A stretch of DNA of 63,904 nt, filler included, from Choristocarpus tenellus KU-1152 (Eukaryota > Protista > Phaeophyceae): the NCBI GenBank assembly GCA_964200185.2. It is 8 parts of 8 records of this genome, joined end to end, with 100 filler letters (N's around TTAATTAATTAA, not from the genome) between each part and the next. Parts side by side here need not be neighbours in the genome. Positions count along the whole stretch, not along the records: positions 61,322 to 63,904 come from CAXNAD020026556.1; 7 more parts are not named here. One strand, 5' to 3'. Of this stretch, positions 63,377 through 63,904 are shown in pieces; the first letter of the stretch is position 1; each line of letters begins with the position of its first letter. The translations under genes were made by a program, and so were the position numbers. The notes below the pieces were generated by a model that saw nothing but the letters and a program-made list of their open reading frames with translations, was not told the DNA's origin and did not search any database.

Positions 63377-63635
63377 GAGTGAAATTATCTTAGAGGGTAT
63401 GAGTTTTGCCCTGTTTGTCCATTTGGGGCTTGGCTTCCCATGGGTTCTTTTATAACATTTTCCTACTCCAAAATGTTTCAGAGTAGGGAAAGTGTGTACA
63501 CTATGAAAATGTGTGTCCGAAACATGAATATTGATACTTCCTAACAGACACGATAGCCAAAATTACATCAAAATCGCAACATTAGATTTTAGCCCTCAAA
63601 TGGACGCGGCTCTACCCTCTAAGATACTTTGGCTC
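63377..63635 (-). mobile_element. MITE family A copy
   Basis: GAGTGAAATTATCTTAGAGGGTA ... TACCCTCTAAGATACTTTGGCTC, flanked by TAA/TAA. Confidence 0.93.
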
Positions 63636-63904
63636 TAAAGACCTCGTAAGCAATCAGCCTACCAAACGCACATGCACCTTTGGAAACAATGGGAAATTCG
63701 AAGCGAAGGAACCGGGGATATGGTTCTAATGGTGACGGACAAGGACGGCAAACCAACAAGAGTGGTTCTGAAGGATCTTCTATGGGTCCCAGGTCTACCA
63801 TGCCGCATATTGAGTACTGGAAGTATACGACGGAATGGAGGAGAATTTATGGACTCAGGAACAAAGGAAAGTTATCTGAGGGCCTCCAAGAATTCGCCCA
63901 AGAT
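63636..63904 (+). mobile_element. Ty1/Copia protease fragment
   Basis: CTFGNNGKFEAK / frameshift / GTGDMVLMV...VVLKDLLWVPGLPCRILSTGSIRRNGG fits the Copia protease pattern G.G.V...L..VL.VP.L..NLLS. Confidence 0.75.

Overview
Eukaryotic nuclear DNA, intron-rich and repeat-rich. It most likely comes from a stramenopile alga (brown alga or close relative); this is inferred from a bipartite plastid-targeting leader, TTAGGG telo-boxes, a PSTK gene and the TE types. The window is a chain of contigs joined by N-TTAATTAATTAA-N linkers, so adjacency across linkers is unproven. Spliced genes reconstructed by hand: an AAA+ ATPase (5'-partial), PSTK, an unknown acidic protein, a plastid-targeted cytochrome b5-domain protein (probable desaturase, partial), a VIT1/CCC1 transporter (partial), RPL35, LSM5, a Kelch-repeat protein, an OTU1-like Ubl+UBA protein (partial) and an unknown fragment near the right end. 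Six of these form three head-to-head pairs. From about 44 kb onward the sequence is mostly nested TE remnants (Copia, Gypsy, a pol-less LTR element). The most notable unexplained structure is a DNA-transposon system. Three different MITE families (about 18 copies or fragments) share G[AG]NNN-AAAGTA termini, several with sequence-variable 3-bp target duplications. An intron-containing Sola2-like transposase gene in the same window carries one of these MITEs in an intron. There is also CpG-island-like contrast between gene 5' ends and gene bodies.
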